Shown: positions 19,215 through 27,331 of the stretch, piece by piece
How the letters are laid out: every line of letters starts with the position of its first letter
How positions within the stretch are numbered: position 1 is the stretch's first letter
Source of the DNA: a virus
Lineage: Duplodnaviria; Caudoviricetes
Strand: one strand, 5' to 3'
IMG/VR virus record: IMGVR_UViG_641201351_000001
Coordinates: 1-64,000 of that record
DNA: 64,000 nucleotides
Notes under the pieces: generated by a model
What the model saw: the letters and a program-made list of their open reading frames with translations, nothing else
Database searches by the model: none
Told to the model about the DNA's origin: nothing
Position numbers and translations under genes: made by a program

Positions 19215-19960
19215 AAACTCCTCACTTTACATTCTACGCAATTCCTTGTTTTTTGCGGATAAATGCCTGTAGTAAGCGATTTCCTAATCATATTAAGCTG
19301 TGAATACAAATATTGTTTGTACTCAAGATTGTAATCGTGTCTATATATTTTCCTTTTCAGGATATCTATAGAAAGAACTATAAACTCTACATTAAACTTT
19401 TCGTTAAGTATTTCTCTGTATATGATGTACGGTATTTTTTGGCTTTCTGAGTTTCTTCTATTTTTTATGTCTATCAAAACATAATTTCCTCTTTTTGTGA
19501 GTGCAACAAAGTCTGGTATTATTTCAAACACAAGCTCTGGAAATTCTCTTATTTTTCCTTCTATTTTCTCCTCCCAAACCAAAACTTTCTCTACTTGTAT
19601 AGAATTTCTTATTTGAAGCAGGAAATCAAAAGAATTTATAAATAAGTTCTTTTCTAGCTCATAAAGGTTGTCTTTTTCTTCAATAATATCCTTTTCGTAC
19701 AACACTTTTACAAAGTCATGTTTTTTGTCTAAAAGAAATTTGAATTCATCTAAATCTTCACTAGAATCAAACTTTCCCAAAATATCTCTGTACATATAGT
19801 AAAAGGATGCGTGAAAAAATCTACCCAAGACAGCACTTCTGGTTGGAATTTTCTTAGGTATATTGTTATCTTTCAAATAAAACTTTGTTATCTGAAAATT
19901 CCTTGGGCAAAAGACATAGGATTTTACTAACGATGGTGATATTTTAAAAGGTAAATTCAC
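19187..19960 (-). CDS. Cas4/AddB-like PD-(D/E)xK nuclease
   Basis: ISPSLVKSYVFCPR, G.FFH, IPDFV...IDIK, CVECKVRSLC (1+3 Cys Fe-S staple). Confidence 0.75.
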   Translation of the reverse strand: MNLPFKISPSLVKSYVFCPRNFQITKFYLKDNNIPKKIPTRSAVLGRFFHASFYYMYRDILGKFDSSEDLDEFKFLLDKKHDFVKVLYEKDIIEEKDNLYELEKNLFINSFDFLLQIRNSIQVEKVLVWEEKIEGKIREFPELVFEIIPDFVALTKRGNYVLIDIKNRRNSESQKIPYIIYREILNEKFNVEFIVLSIDILKRKIYRHDYNLEYKQYLYSQLNMIRKSLTTGIYPQKTRNCVECKVRSLCKRLPYQI

Positions 19961-21620
19961 TTTCTTCTCCCTCCTTTCTGCTTTCCTCTTCTACTGGTTC
20001 TATATTTCCTTCAATCTCTAATGCCCTAGAAACGCTTAAAAAGCCCAATCTTTTCGCTATAGATTTTAATTTTTCTGACCTCTTATCTGTCGTCTGCTCA
20101 GAGATTAAAGAAATTAAATCTACCTCCTCAGGTTCAGTTTCTACGAGCAAAGAATATTCTTCCTCACTAATTTCACTTCTTTCTTCTAAGAAAAATTCAA
20201 CCAAAGATTTTACAGTCTTACTTTTATACTTGTATAAAAGCAACTCTCTCTTTAGCGTCATGAGCTTATCGTGATGTCCATTGACAAGGTATAACACTCC
20301 CCTGAGAAGCTTTCTTTCTTTGGGAGGTATATAATCTATTTCTACAGACTCTATGTCTTTTTTCGCCTTAGACAGACCTTTATTTATCACATAGTCTACC
20401 CTTCTAATAAGCGCATCAAAAGGATATTTTGACCTTTCACATATTCTCAGCATTAAGTTATAAACATGCTCGTTTTCTCTATAGTTGAAAAATAATTTCA
20501 TCAGCCTTTTTATTAGTTCTTCTCTAATTAGCTCCTTATTTTTAATGGGCAAATCCTTGACGATATTTCTCAGGTGAGCGTCTATAAATACATCATAAAC
20601 ATCTTTTGTGTCTGCTGTTTTTATAAATTCCTCAAACGATTTCTTTTTTAAAATTTCGTCTATGTCTTCCTTATCTTTATAAAAAACAAACATTGTAGAA
20701 AAAGAAGGGCGATTGGTTTTTATAATTGTTTTAGCAACATTGAAATAAGCTGAGGTTCCAGCATCATCGTTGTCAAATACAAAATAAACAACGGAAAATG
20801 AGTTTAAAAGGTTAATTTGCTCTACTGTAAAATGTATGCCCAACAATGAGGCGGCAGGTATATCTCTTTCTATTAAAGCAAGCGCATCATATGGTCCTTC
20901 TACTATGTAGATAGTGTTTAAGTTTTTCTTCTTTGCTATCTTTACAGCCTCGTTTAAAAAGGGCAGATGCTCAGTTTTACTGAATTTTGTATTTAAGTAT
21001 TTTGGTAAGTTCATATCATTTAGCGATCTACCAACTAAACCAACAATTCTATTAACTCTGGAGTAGATTGGAATAATAATTCTACTCATGTACCTAAATT
21101 TCAGTTTTCCCTCTTCATCTCTGCTAAAAATTCCAAGTGTTATCAACCTCTCTATGTCTAACTTTTCCTTTACTTCATTCGTAAAATCTAACAATCTTTC
21201 ATTAGGGACATAAAACATCGGATACTTTGGTTTTAATCCTAACTTTTTAATATTAAAATCGTCTACAGTTTCTGTATCGTTATACTTGGACAGCAACTTA
21301 AGAAATTTTGAAAACAGATCATGATCATCTTCATACTTCTTTTCGCCTTTTGTTTTTACATCAATGCCAAATTTTTCCCTAAGAATTTCTCCAACTTGAT
21401 TTATCGGTACATGCTCCACTAAGGAAATAAACTGATAAATGTTTCCGCCTGTATTGCATCCAAAACAGTAAAAAACACCAAGGTTAGTGTCTATATGAAA
21501 AGAAGGTGTATCTTCGGGATGTAGAGGACAAAGGCCATAATACTTTCCTCCTCCTCTATGTCTAAGATTTGTGTACTTACTAGCTATTTCAAAAAAATCC
21601 AGCCTGTGCTCAATGCCCAT
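19944..21620 (-). CDS. dnaG: DNA primase DnaG
   Basis: CPLHPEDTPSF..CFGC zinc finger, PKYLN, VEGPYD, FDND TOPRIM motifs. Confidence 0.93.
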   Translation of the reverse strand: MGIEHRLDFFEIASKYTNLRHRGGGKYYGLCPLHPEDTPSFHIDTNLGVFYCFGCNTGGNIYQFISLVEHVPINQVGEILREKFGIDVKTKGEKKYEDDHDLFSKFLKLLSKYNDTETVDDFNIKKLGLKPKYPMFYVPNERLLDFTNEVKEKLDIERLITLGIFSRDEEGKLKFRYMSRIIIPIYSRVNRIVGLVGRSLNDMNLPKYLNTKFSKTEHLPFLNEAVKIAKKKNLNTIYIVEGPYDALALIERDIPAASLLGIHFTVEQINLLNSFSVVYFVFDNDDAGTSAYFNVAKTIIKTNRPSFSTMFVFYKDKEDIDEILKKKSFEEFIKTADTKDVYDVFIDAHLRNIVKDLPIKNKELIREELIKRLMKLFFNYRENEHVYNLMLRICERSKYPFDALIRRVDYVINKGLSKAKKDIESVEIDYIPPKERKLLRGVLYLVNGHHDKLMTLKRELLLYKYKSKTVKSLVEFFLEERSEISEEEYSLLVETEPEEVDLISLISEQTTDKRSEKLKSIAKRLGFLSVSRALEIEGNIEPVEEESRKEGEESEFTF

Positions 21621-21655
21621 GGCTTCATGCTAGCATAGAGAACTTAGAATGTCAA
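21621..21655 (-). promoter_or_regulatory. Leaderless promoter TTGACA-17-(TGC)TAGCAT-6-ATG
   Basis: -35 at 21650-21655, -10 at 21627-21632, ATG at 21620, no SD. Confidence 0.75.
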
Positions 21656-21668
21656 GACACAAAGGCTT

Positions 21669-22277
21669 TCAGGACTGCTTAAGACTAAAAAATAAATCTG
21701 GTCTTTCTAATATTTCTTTAGAAACTTCCTTAGGATGTATATAACAATCCTCACATCTTGGTTCGTAATTTAAATAAATTAGTGTTTGCTTACTTGGAAT
21801 TATTGGTAAAGGCTCGTCATCATAAACTGCTTGGTTATATTTAGCCCTTCTTCCACAAACAGAACAATAGGATTCTAATTCTTCGCTGATGTCAGCCTCT
21901 TTAATGAGAAATTCAAATTGCTCGTAAACATTAGCTTCGTAATCAAATTTTAAACCTAAGAAGTTTATCATGACATCTTTATATTTAAAGAACTTTATGA
22001 TTTGCTTTAACTCATATTGTTCAATTAGATGGAAATGCTGAACATGTATGACATACCTTTCGTCTTTTTTCACTTTATAGAAAACTTCGTGAGGATAATA
22101 AGAGTGTTGATAATACACCTTTCTATTTTTAAAACGAATTTCTTTTGGATTAGAAATAAAAGTTGGCCTTATTAGTAAATAATTTACATTATACCTTTTT
22201 GATAAAATGGAAGACATGTAGACCATTTCACTTTTTCCTGATCCTACTGTTCCCCAAGAAACTCCAAAGACTGACAT
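21669..22277 (-). CDS. Thymidine kinase-like protein (degenerate active site)
   Basis: GTVGSGKS P-loop, GLKFDY, CSVCG...YEPRCEDCY Zn site. The IDEAQF motif is replaced by HVQHFHL. Start likely ATG 22277. Confidence 0.7.
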   Translation of the reverse strand: MSVFGVSWGTVGSGKSEMVYMSSILSKRYNVNYLLIRPTFISNPKEIRFKNRKVYYQHSYYPHEVFYKVKKDERYVIHVQHFHLIEQYELKQIIKFFKYKDVMINFLGLKFDYEANVYEQFEFLIKEADISEELESYCSVCGRRAKYNQAVYDDEPLPIIPSKQTLIYLNYEPRCEDCYIHPKEVSKEILERPDLFFSLKQS

Positions 22278-22301
22278 AGTTCTTATATAACACAAAAGTC
22301 T

Positions 22302-23015
22302 TCAGTTGTCAATAGTCATTTTAAATTTATAGAACATAGACTTTACCTCATCGTAACTAAGTCCAAAATTCTCAAAAACTTTATGTTTTCCTTTGAAAAA
22401 GTCGCTAGCAATATTGTATTTTATTGCTTCTTCTGGTGTGATGTAAATATCTTTATGCGCTCCTTTTCCAATTACCTTCTTTTTGAGCCCAATCTTCTTT
22501 ATAAACTCGTTTTCAAAGATAGTCTTCAATACTTTGTATTGTTTATCCAAATTTTCAACAATATCTTTTGAACCAATGGGTTGAGGATGATTTACAAGAA
22601 AATCATGCATAATAAAGAACGAGTTAGATGTAACAAACCTATTAGACTCTTTAGCGGAAAGAAAAATGTAAACACCAGCACTTGCAATAATAGAATTAGC
22701 TACAAAAATTACATCTCTTTCAAACCCCTTAATTAAATTGATTACTCTCATAGCTTGCATCACATCTCCGCCAAAGGTTGAAAACTGTACAATAATTGGA
22801 ATCTTATTTAGTCCAATTCCAAACTCATCTCCTTTAACTACTTCAAACTTGGAAAGCTCATGAGAAACAAAATAAATACTATCAACAAACTCATTAACAG
22901 AAAATTCATCTATGTCTGCACTAAAGTTAATCTCAACAAAGTTATCATAAATTACACTTTGAGGCCTTTGGTTTTCAGAACCACAGTTCAGAATCTTTTT
23001 GTGTAGCACTTTCAT
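22302..23015 (-). CDS. clpP: ClpP-like protease
   Basis: STFGGDV, IASAG (Ser), IMHD (His), DIYITPEEAIKYNIA (Asp). Start ATG 23015 after GAGGAGG. Confidence 0.75.
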   Translation of the reverse strand: MKVLHKKILNCGSENQRPQSVIYDNFVEINFSADIDEFSVNEFVDSIYFVSHELSKFEVVKGDEFGIGLNKIPIIVQFSTFGGDVMQAMRVINLIKGFERDVIFVANSIIASAGVYIFLSAKESNRFVTSNSFFIMHDFLVNHPQPIGSKDIVENLDKQYKVLKTIFENEFIKKIGLKKKVIGKGAHKDIYITPEEAIKYNIASDFFKGKHKVFENFGLSYDEVKSMFYKFKMTIDN

Positions 23016-23862
23016 CCTCCTCAACCTTAATATACCTCACCTTGCCCCCGTCTGTCAAGAGTTTGAAATCGGGCCAACAAATTCGTGTAAAAGCGCAATA
23101 AGAACATTGCCAAGGTAAGGTCTTCACTACTAAACCATTTCCAAGGTCTTCAATTCTATATTGATAAGGACGCTCAGGTAGCTCACCTTTAATACCTCTT
23201 ATAGCCTTTCTAAAGTTGTCTATAACTTCTTCTACAACCTTTTCAGAGTACAGAATTGGAACAATCATTCTGTTGCTTGTATTTTTGTTGTAAACCCAAA
23301 GATAAGCTTCTTTTATGCCTGTAGCATACATGTAAGCGTTAAGTTGCTTAACATAATCTTCTCTTGGCTCTTTTTTGAATTCGTTAAAAGTCTTTTCGTT
23401 TACAGTTTTTATGTCTATAATTACATCACGATCCTCTAATTTTAGAACTCCGTCTATATGTCCTGGTATTTTATAATCGTCAACCTCAAGATATACTGTA
23501 TCTTCAACGCTTACAAGTTCATTAATCTCAGAAATAAGTGCACGCTCTAATTCGTGCAAAGCATGGCCCATTTGAAAAATACTTACAGCTCTTGGAGATA
23601 AGTCTTTAATTTCTCCATGTTCTTCAAATTGATATATTACAGAATAAGCTATTGCCCTAGGACACTTACCAGAAGAAGAGAGTCTTAAATAATTTCCTTT
23701 TTCTTTTGAATACTCTAAGGAAAAATTAAAGTTAACCCTTCCTCCATTTTTTGTCATGTAGACTAAGTATTCTTCCACTAATCTAAGAACGTCATAAACA
23801 GATTTTGCTCTTGGCGGCTTGTTGTTTTCTTCCTTAAACTTTAAAACTTCTTCAACGGTCAT
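22975..23862 (-). CDS. Cas4/RecB-like PD-(D/E)xK exonuclease
   Basis: SSSGKCPR, GHALH, GHIDGVL, IDIKT, QLNAY, CSYCAFTRIC. Start ATG 23862 after AGGGAGG. Confidence 0.85.
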   Translation of the reverse strand: MTVEEVLKFKEENNKPPRAKSVYDVLRLVEEYLVYMTKNGGRVNFNFSLEYSKEKGNYLRLSSSGKCPRAIAYSVIYQFEEHGEIKDLSPRAVSIFQMGHALHELERALISEINELVSVEDTVYLEVDDYKIPGHIDGVLKLEDRDVIIDIKTVNEKTFNEFKKEPREDYVKQLNAYMYATGIKEAYLWVYNKNTSNRMIVPILYSEKVVEEVIDNFRKAIRGIKGELPERPYQYRIEDLGNGLVVKTLPWQCSYCAFTRICWPDFKLLTDGGKVRYIKVEEDESATQKDSELWF

Positions 23863-23897
23863 CTGTATCCTCCCTAATGTGCTGTTTTTCAAACATA

Positions 23898-25247
23898 TCA
23901 TGAATATACATCTATCTTAAACTCAAGTTCTCTTTTAATGTCAACATCAAGAATGTTCTCCATTGATTTGTCCACTACAAAAATAGCTTGTGGTTCTTTT
24001 TTGTTTTTGGTTTTTCTTAAAATTCTGCCAACAAGCTGAACAGAAGAAACTTTGCCGTAAATTAAAACAGAAGTTATCAGCGTATCTAAAGAAGGATAAT
24101 CAAATCCTTTAGACACAACGCCATATGTTGCTATAATTAGATTTTCATTTTCATCAAGAGTATCCTTTCTTTTTGATGTAAGTATTTTCGCATTTTTAAA
24201 AACCTTAGCAAGGTAGTCTATGGTTTCCAAGCGAGAAACTACAACAAGTACTCTTCTTCCTTCAGACAACTTCTTGTTAATGATATTAACAAATCGATCC
24301 CTAAATCTTTCTGAGGACTCTAGTTGCGTCTGATATTGAGCTAACAATAATGTTCTATCCATTCCATTCCAAATCTTCAATTTGTTTATAAAGGAATCTT
24401 TCACAACCTCAATTGAAAGTTTGTCTTTTAAGTCGTTTTTGTAACCTAATTTTTCGGCATCTATTATTACACTACCTATCGTGTAAAAGTGTAAAGGAAA
24501 GTTAGAAATATAAGGTGTAGCAGTAACGCCAAATATGTATTCAAATCTTCCAAATAAAGCTACGCTTTTACCGAAAGCAATTGCTGCACTAGTAGTGTGA
24601 GCTTCATCATAAATGACCATATTAAAGTTTGATTTGTCAAAAATATCAAAATACTTTTTGAAATCTTTTTTCATTAGAGAATTAAGAAACTGAACTGTAG
24701 TAACTGCAAAATCATATTCGTTGTCTAAGATATCCTCAACATTTTTTCTATCCAAAACTATAACCTCCGATTTTTCAAAAACTTCATTAATCTTATGTAC
24801 CCATTGGTCAATTAACACCTCTCTGTCAACTACAATTACAGAAGGACTACCTAACCTATTAGCCAAAAGCAAAGCAAAAACAGTCTTACCTGAACCAGTA
24901 GGAGCTTTTATTAATCCATTTCTTTTTCTCTCAGAAATAATTTTTTCTATGGCCCTTCTCTGCCAATAAAAAGGATCTACTTTTTCTATCAAATTAAGCT
25001 TGCGATTCTTTGGTTTAAAACTTTGAGAAAATGTCCTTATTCCCATCAGGTAAGCAACAGATGAAGGAACAACAACAAGTCCCTTATCTCTACCATTTTC
25101 CTCCTTAAACAAAAACATACTTTCTGGAGAAAACCTATTTTCAATCAAGGATTCGTAAATCCACCTCTTAGCAAGAGGTGAGGAATACTCAATAAACACA
25201 CAATTCGGGTGTACTACAAAACTTACAGCCTTAGGTAAAGCGCTCAT
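23898..25247 (-). CDS. Superfamily 2 DEAH helicase (UvsW/ResIII-like)
   Basis: WQRRA, APTGSGKT, DEAH, TATP, KGFDYP, QLVGRILR. Confidence 0.9.
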   Translation of the reverse strand: MSALPKAVSFVVHPNCVFIEYSSPLAKRWIYESLIENRFSPESMFLFKEENGRDKGLVVVPSSVAYLMGIRTFSQSFKPKNRKLNLIEKVDPFYWQRRAIEKIISERKRNGLIKAPTGSGKTVFALLLANRLGSPSVIVVDREVLIDQWVHKINEVFEKSEVIVLDRKNVEDILDNEYDFAVTTVQFLNSLMKKDFKKYFDIFDKSNFNMVIYDEAHTTSAAIAFGKSVALFGRFEYIFGVTATPYISNFPLHFYTIGSVIIDAEKLGYKNDLKDKLSIEVVKDSFINKLKIWNGMDRTLLLAQYQTQLESSERFRDRFVNIINKKLSEGRRVLVVVSRLETIDYLAKVFKNAKILTSKRKDTLDENENLIIATYGVVSKGFDYPSLDTLITSVLIYGKVSSVQLVGRILRKTKNKKEPQAIFVVDKSMENILDVDIKRELEFKIDVYS

Positions 25248-25282
25248 GCTTCAATCGTACCCCAAGAACAAAGAAAAGTCAA
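25248..25282 (-). promoter_or_regulatory. Leaderless promoter TTGACT-17-TACGAT-6-ATG
   Basis: -35 at 25277-25282, -10 at 25254-25259, ATG at 25247. Confidence 0.75.
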
Positions 25283-25437
25283 GACCCTAGAAAAGACACC
25301 TCAAAAAAGACCCTACAGAAGGGTTGGTACACTATTAACAGAGTCTGGAAAGTCTAGTATTGACACACCAAACAGGCTTGTGGTATAGTCCTATTGTGGG
25401 ACTACTAGAGAAGATTACAGAAGACCTTGGGTCTTTT
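25281..25437. repeat. Short direct and inverted repeats (AAGACCCTA / AAAAGACCC) around divergent promoters
   Basis: AAGACCCTA at 25281 and 25307, AAAAGACACC at 25291, AAGACC-TTG-GGTCTT at 25421-25435. Hairpins ACCCT-5-AGGGT and TAGTCC-7-GGACTA. Confidence 0.45.
25360..25395 (+). promoter_or_regulatory. Leaderless promoter TTGACA-18-(TGG)TATAGT-6-GTG
   Basis: -35 at 25360-25365, -10 at 25384-25389, GTG at 25396. Confidence 0.7.
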
Positions 25438-26796
25438 ACTCACCTAGTTGGCGTAGATAAAGTCTACTCTCCTTTGGATACTTTTGGAATTAGTGAAATT
25501 AAGTCTTTCTTATCTGGTAGTAAATTCTACTCATTTAGCTTACTGAGTGGAAACTACTTTAGATTAATCGTTATTGATGTTGATCAAGAATGGGAAGAAA
25601 ATAAAGTATTGCTTTTTCTTAACTACTTGTTTGAGGTTTACAACCTTAAAGCTTACGCTGAAAAAAGTATCGGTGGAAGAATTCATGTTTTGATTCCTTT
25701 CAACTCTGGAATAAAGTTTGATGAGAGTAAAATATTCTTGAAGTTCATAGAGAGTGTAGCTATTGGTTTTTGGAGGGATAGCGTAGAGGTGTTTCCTAAT
25801 GGTCGTTCTATAACGCTGATATTTGATGAGGTTTATGGAAGAAAAGGACTCTTGTTTTCAAATAGCGATTTTAAGAAGAAGTTAAGGTTCTTTTATAGGT
25901 TTTTCAAAAAGCCGTTTTCTAACACCAAGAAAACCTTTGAGGAAATTTTAAAAACACACAAGGACTTTTTTGGCCTAAATTCTTATGTGAAAGAGGCTTT
26001 AAGTTCAAAGAGTGAAGAGATTGATGTTGTTAGCGTTGGAGAGGAGTTAGAAGATGTTTTTAGAGAGATTGTTCAAAAGATAGCAGAAAAGGATTATGTT
26101 AGAGGTAGAAGAAACGATTTGATTTTTGAGTTGTCTGGATTTCTAGCTTTTATGGGCAAAAGTTTTGAGGAAATAAAGAATCTTTTATGGCCTTTGATTG
26201 AAAGAGATGATGAAAGAGATAAAAGAATTGAGCTTATTATTCGTGCTTTAGCTAGAAAGCGTGAAGGAAAAAAGTTGTATTTTAAACAACTTCTTACGAT
26301 GTTTCCTAGTTTGGGCAACTTTGTTGTGAGAAAAAGCATTGAATATGCTGCTTTAGGAGATGTTGTTATGTCAAGGATTTCTAAAGAAACAAACGATAAA
26401 AGAGTTCTAAAGGTTGCCAATTTTATATCTAAACTGACGAGCAAATACGGCAGTCGTGTGGTTCTTGGATACAATTCTCTGTCAAAAAACCTAAATATGA
26501 GCAAAAGAGATGTTTCGTTTGCGCTAAAGATGTTGAGCAATCTAGGAATCATAAGAAGAATTGCAAAAGGCAGATACTTGAATATTGATGGAGAAAAGAT
26601 TTCTATAGGCTCAATTTATGAGGTTTGTATTTTGAGTGCAGCTTCTTTTGTCTACAAGATATCTAAAGATATGAAGTTTGCTTTTGAAGCAATTAAGAAC
26701 AAAATTCGTGAAGTGGGAGAATTTTACTTTTCTAGGGCGAACTTTGAATATTTAAGAGAAAATAAGTTTCTTCTGTTGAATTTGAATAGCGTTTAA
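25396..26796 (+). CDS. AEP primase-polymerase/Rep-like protein with PriCT-1 and C-terminal wHTH
   Basis: LIVIDVD (motif I), SIGGRIHV (motif II), VEVFPN, GRRNDLIFELSGFL (PriCT-1), YNSLSKNLNMSKRDVSFALKMLSNLGII (wHTH). Confidence 0.65.
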   Translation: MGLLEKITEDLGSFTHLVGVDKVYSPLDTFGISEIKSFLSGSKFYSFSLLSGNYFRLIVIDVDQEWEENKVLLFLNYLFEVYNLKAYAEKSIGGRIHVLIPFNSGIKFDESKIFLKFIESVAIGFWRDSVEVFPNGRSITLIFDEVYGRKGLLFSNSDFKKKLRFFYRFFKKPFSNTKKTFEEILKTHKDFFGLNSYVKEALSSKSEEIDVVSVGEELEDVFREIVQKIAEKDYVRGRRNDLIFELSGFLAFMGKSFEEIKNLLWPLIERDDERDKRIELIIRALARKREGKKLYFKQLLTMFPSLGNFVVRKSIEYAALGDVVMSRISKETNDKRVLKVANFISKLTSKYGSRVVLGYNSLSKNLNMSKRDVSFALKMLSNLGIIRRIAKGRYLNIDGEKISIGSIYEVCILSAASFVYKISKDMKFAFEAIKNKIREVGEFYFSRANFEYLRENKFLLLNLNSV

Positions 26797-26821
26797 GACA
26801 GCAGGGTAGGGAGGAAGGCAC

Positions 26822-27331
26822 ATGAAAAAGGCGCTTGTAGAGCATGTAAAGAAAGAAAAAGATGATGAATTTCACACTCCTCGCTTTGCAGTTGAACCGC
26901 TTTTAAAATACATACCAAAAGATAAAGTTATATGGTGTCCTTTTGATACTGAAGAATCAAATTATGTTAAAGTTTTTATGGAGAACGGTTATAAGGTTGT
27001 TTATTCGCATATAAGTATGGGACAAGATTTCTTTTTCTACGAACCAGAGAATTATGATGTTATCGTTTCTAATCCACCGTTTAGTGTAAAAACTGAAATT
27101 TTGAAGAGGGCTTATAGTCTTGGAAAACCCTTTGCGTTTTTACTGCCAATAACTTCGCTAGAAGGAAAGAAAAGAGGAGAATTGTTTAGAAAATATGGAC
27201 TTCAGCTTATTGTTTTTGATAGGAGAATAGAATTTATGTCGACAACAAAAACTGGCGTTTGGTTTAACACCAGCTATTTCTGTTATAAATTGCTTCCTAG
27301 GGATTTAATTTTTGAACAGCTAGAAGTTTAA
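26822..27331 (+). CDS. Small orphan N6-adenine DNA methyltransferase
   Basis: DEFHTP, IWCPFD, DFF, YDVIVSNPPFS, FAFLLP. GGAGG RBS. Confidence 0.8.
   Translation: MKKALVEHVKKEKDDEFHTPRFAVEPLLKYIPKDKVIWCPFDTEESNYVKVFMENGYKVVYSHISMGQDFFFYEPENYDVIVSNPPFSVKTEILKRAYSLGKPFAFLLPITSLEGKKRGELFRKYGLQLIVFDRRIEFMSTTKTGVWFNTSYFCYKLLPRDLIFEQLEV

Noticed and set aside
26094-26552. 152-aa minus-strand ORF
   Set aside because: Entirely antisense to the AEP/Rep-like gene; no signals.
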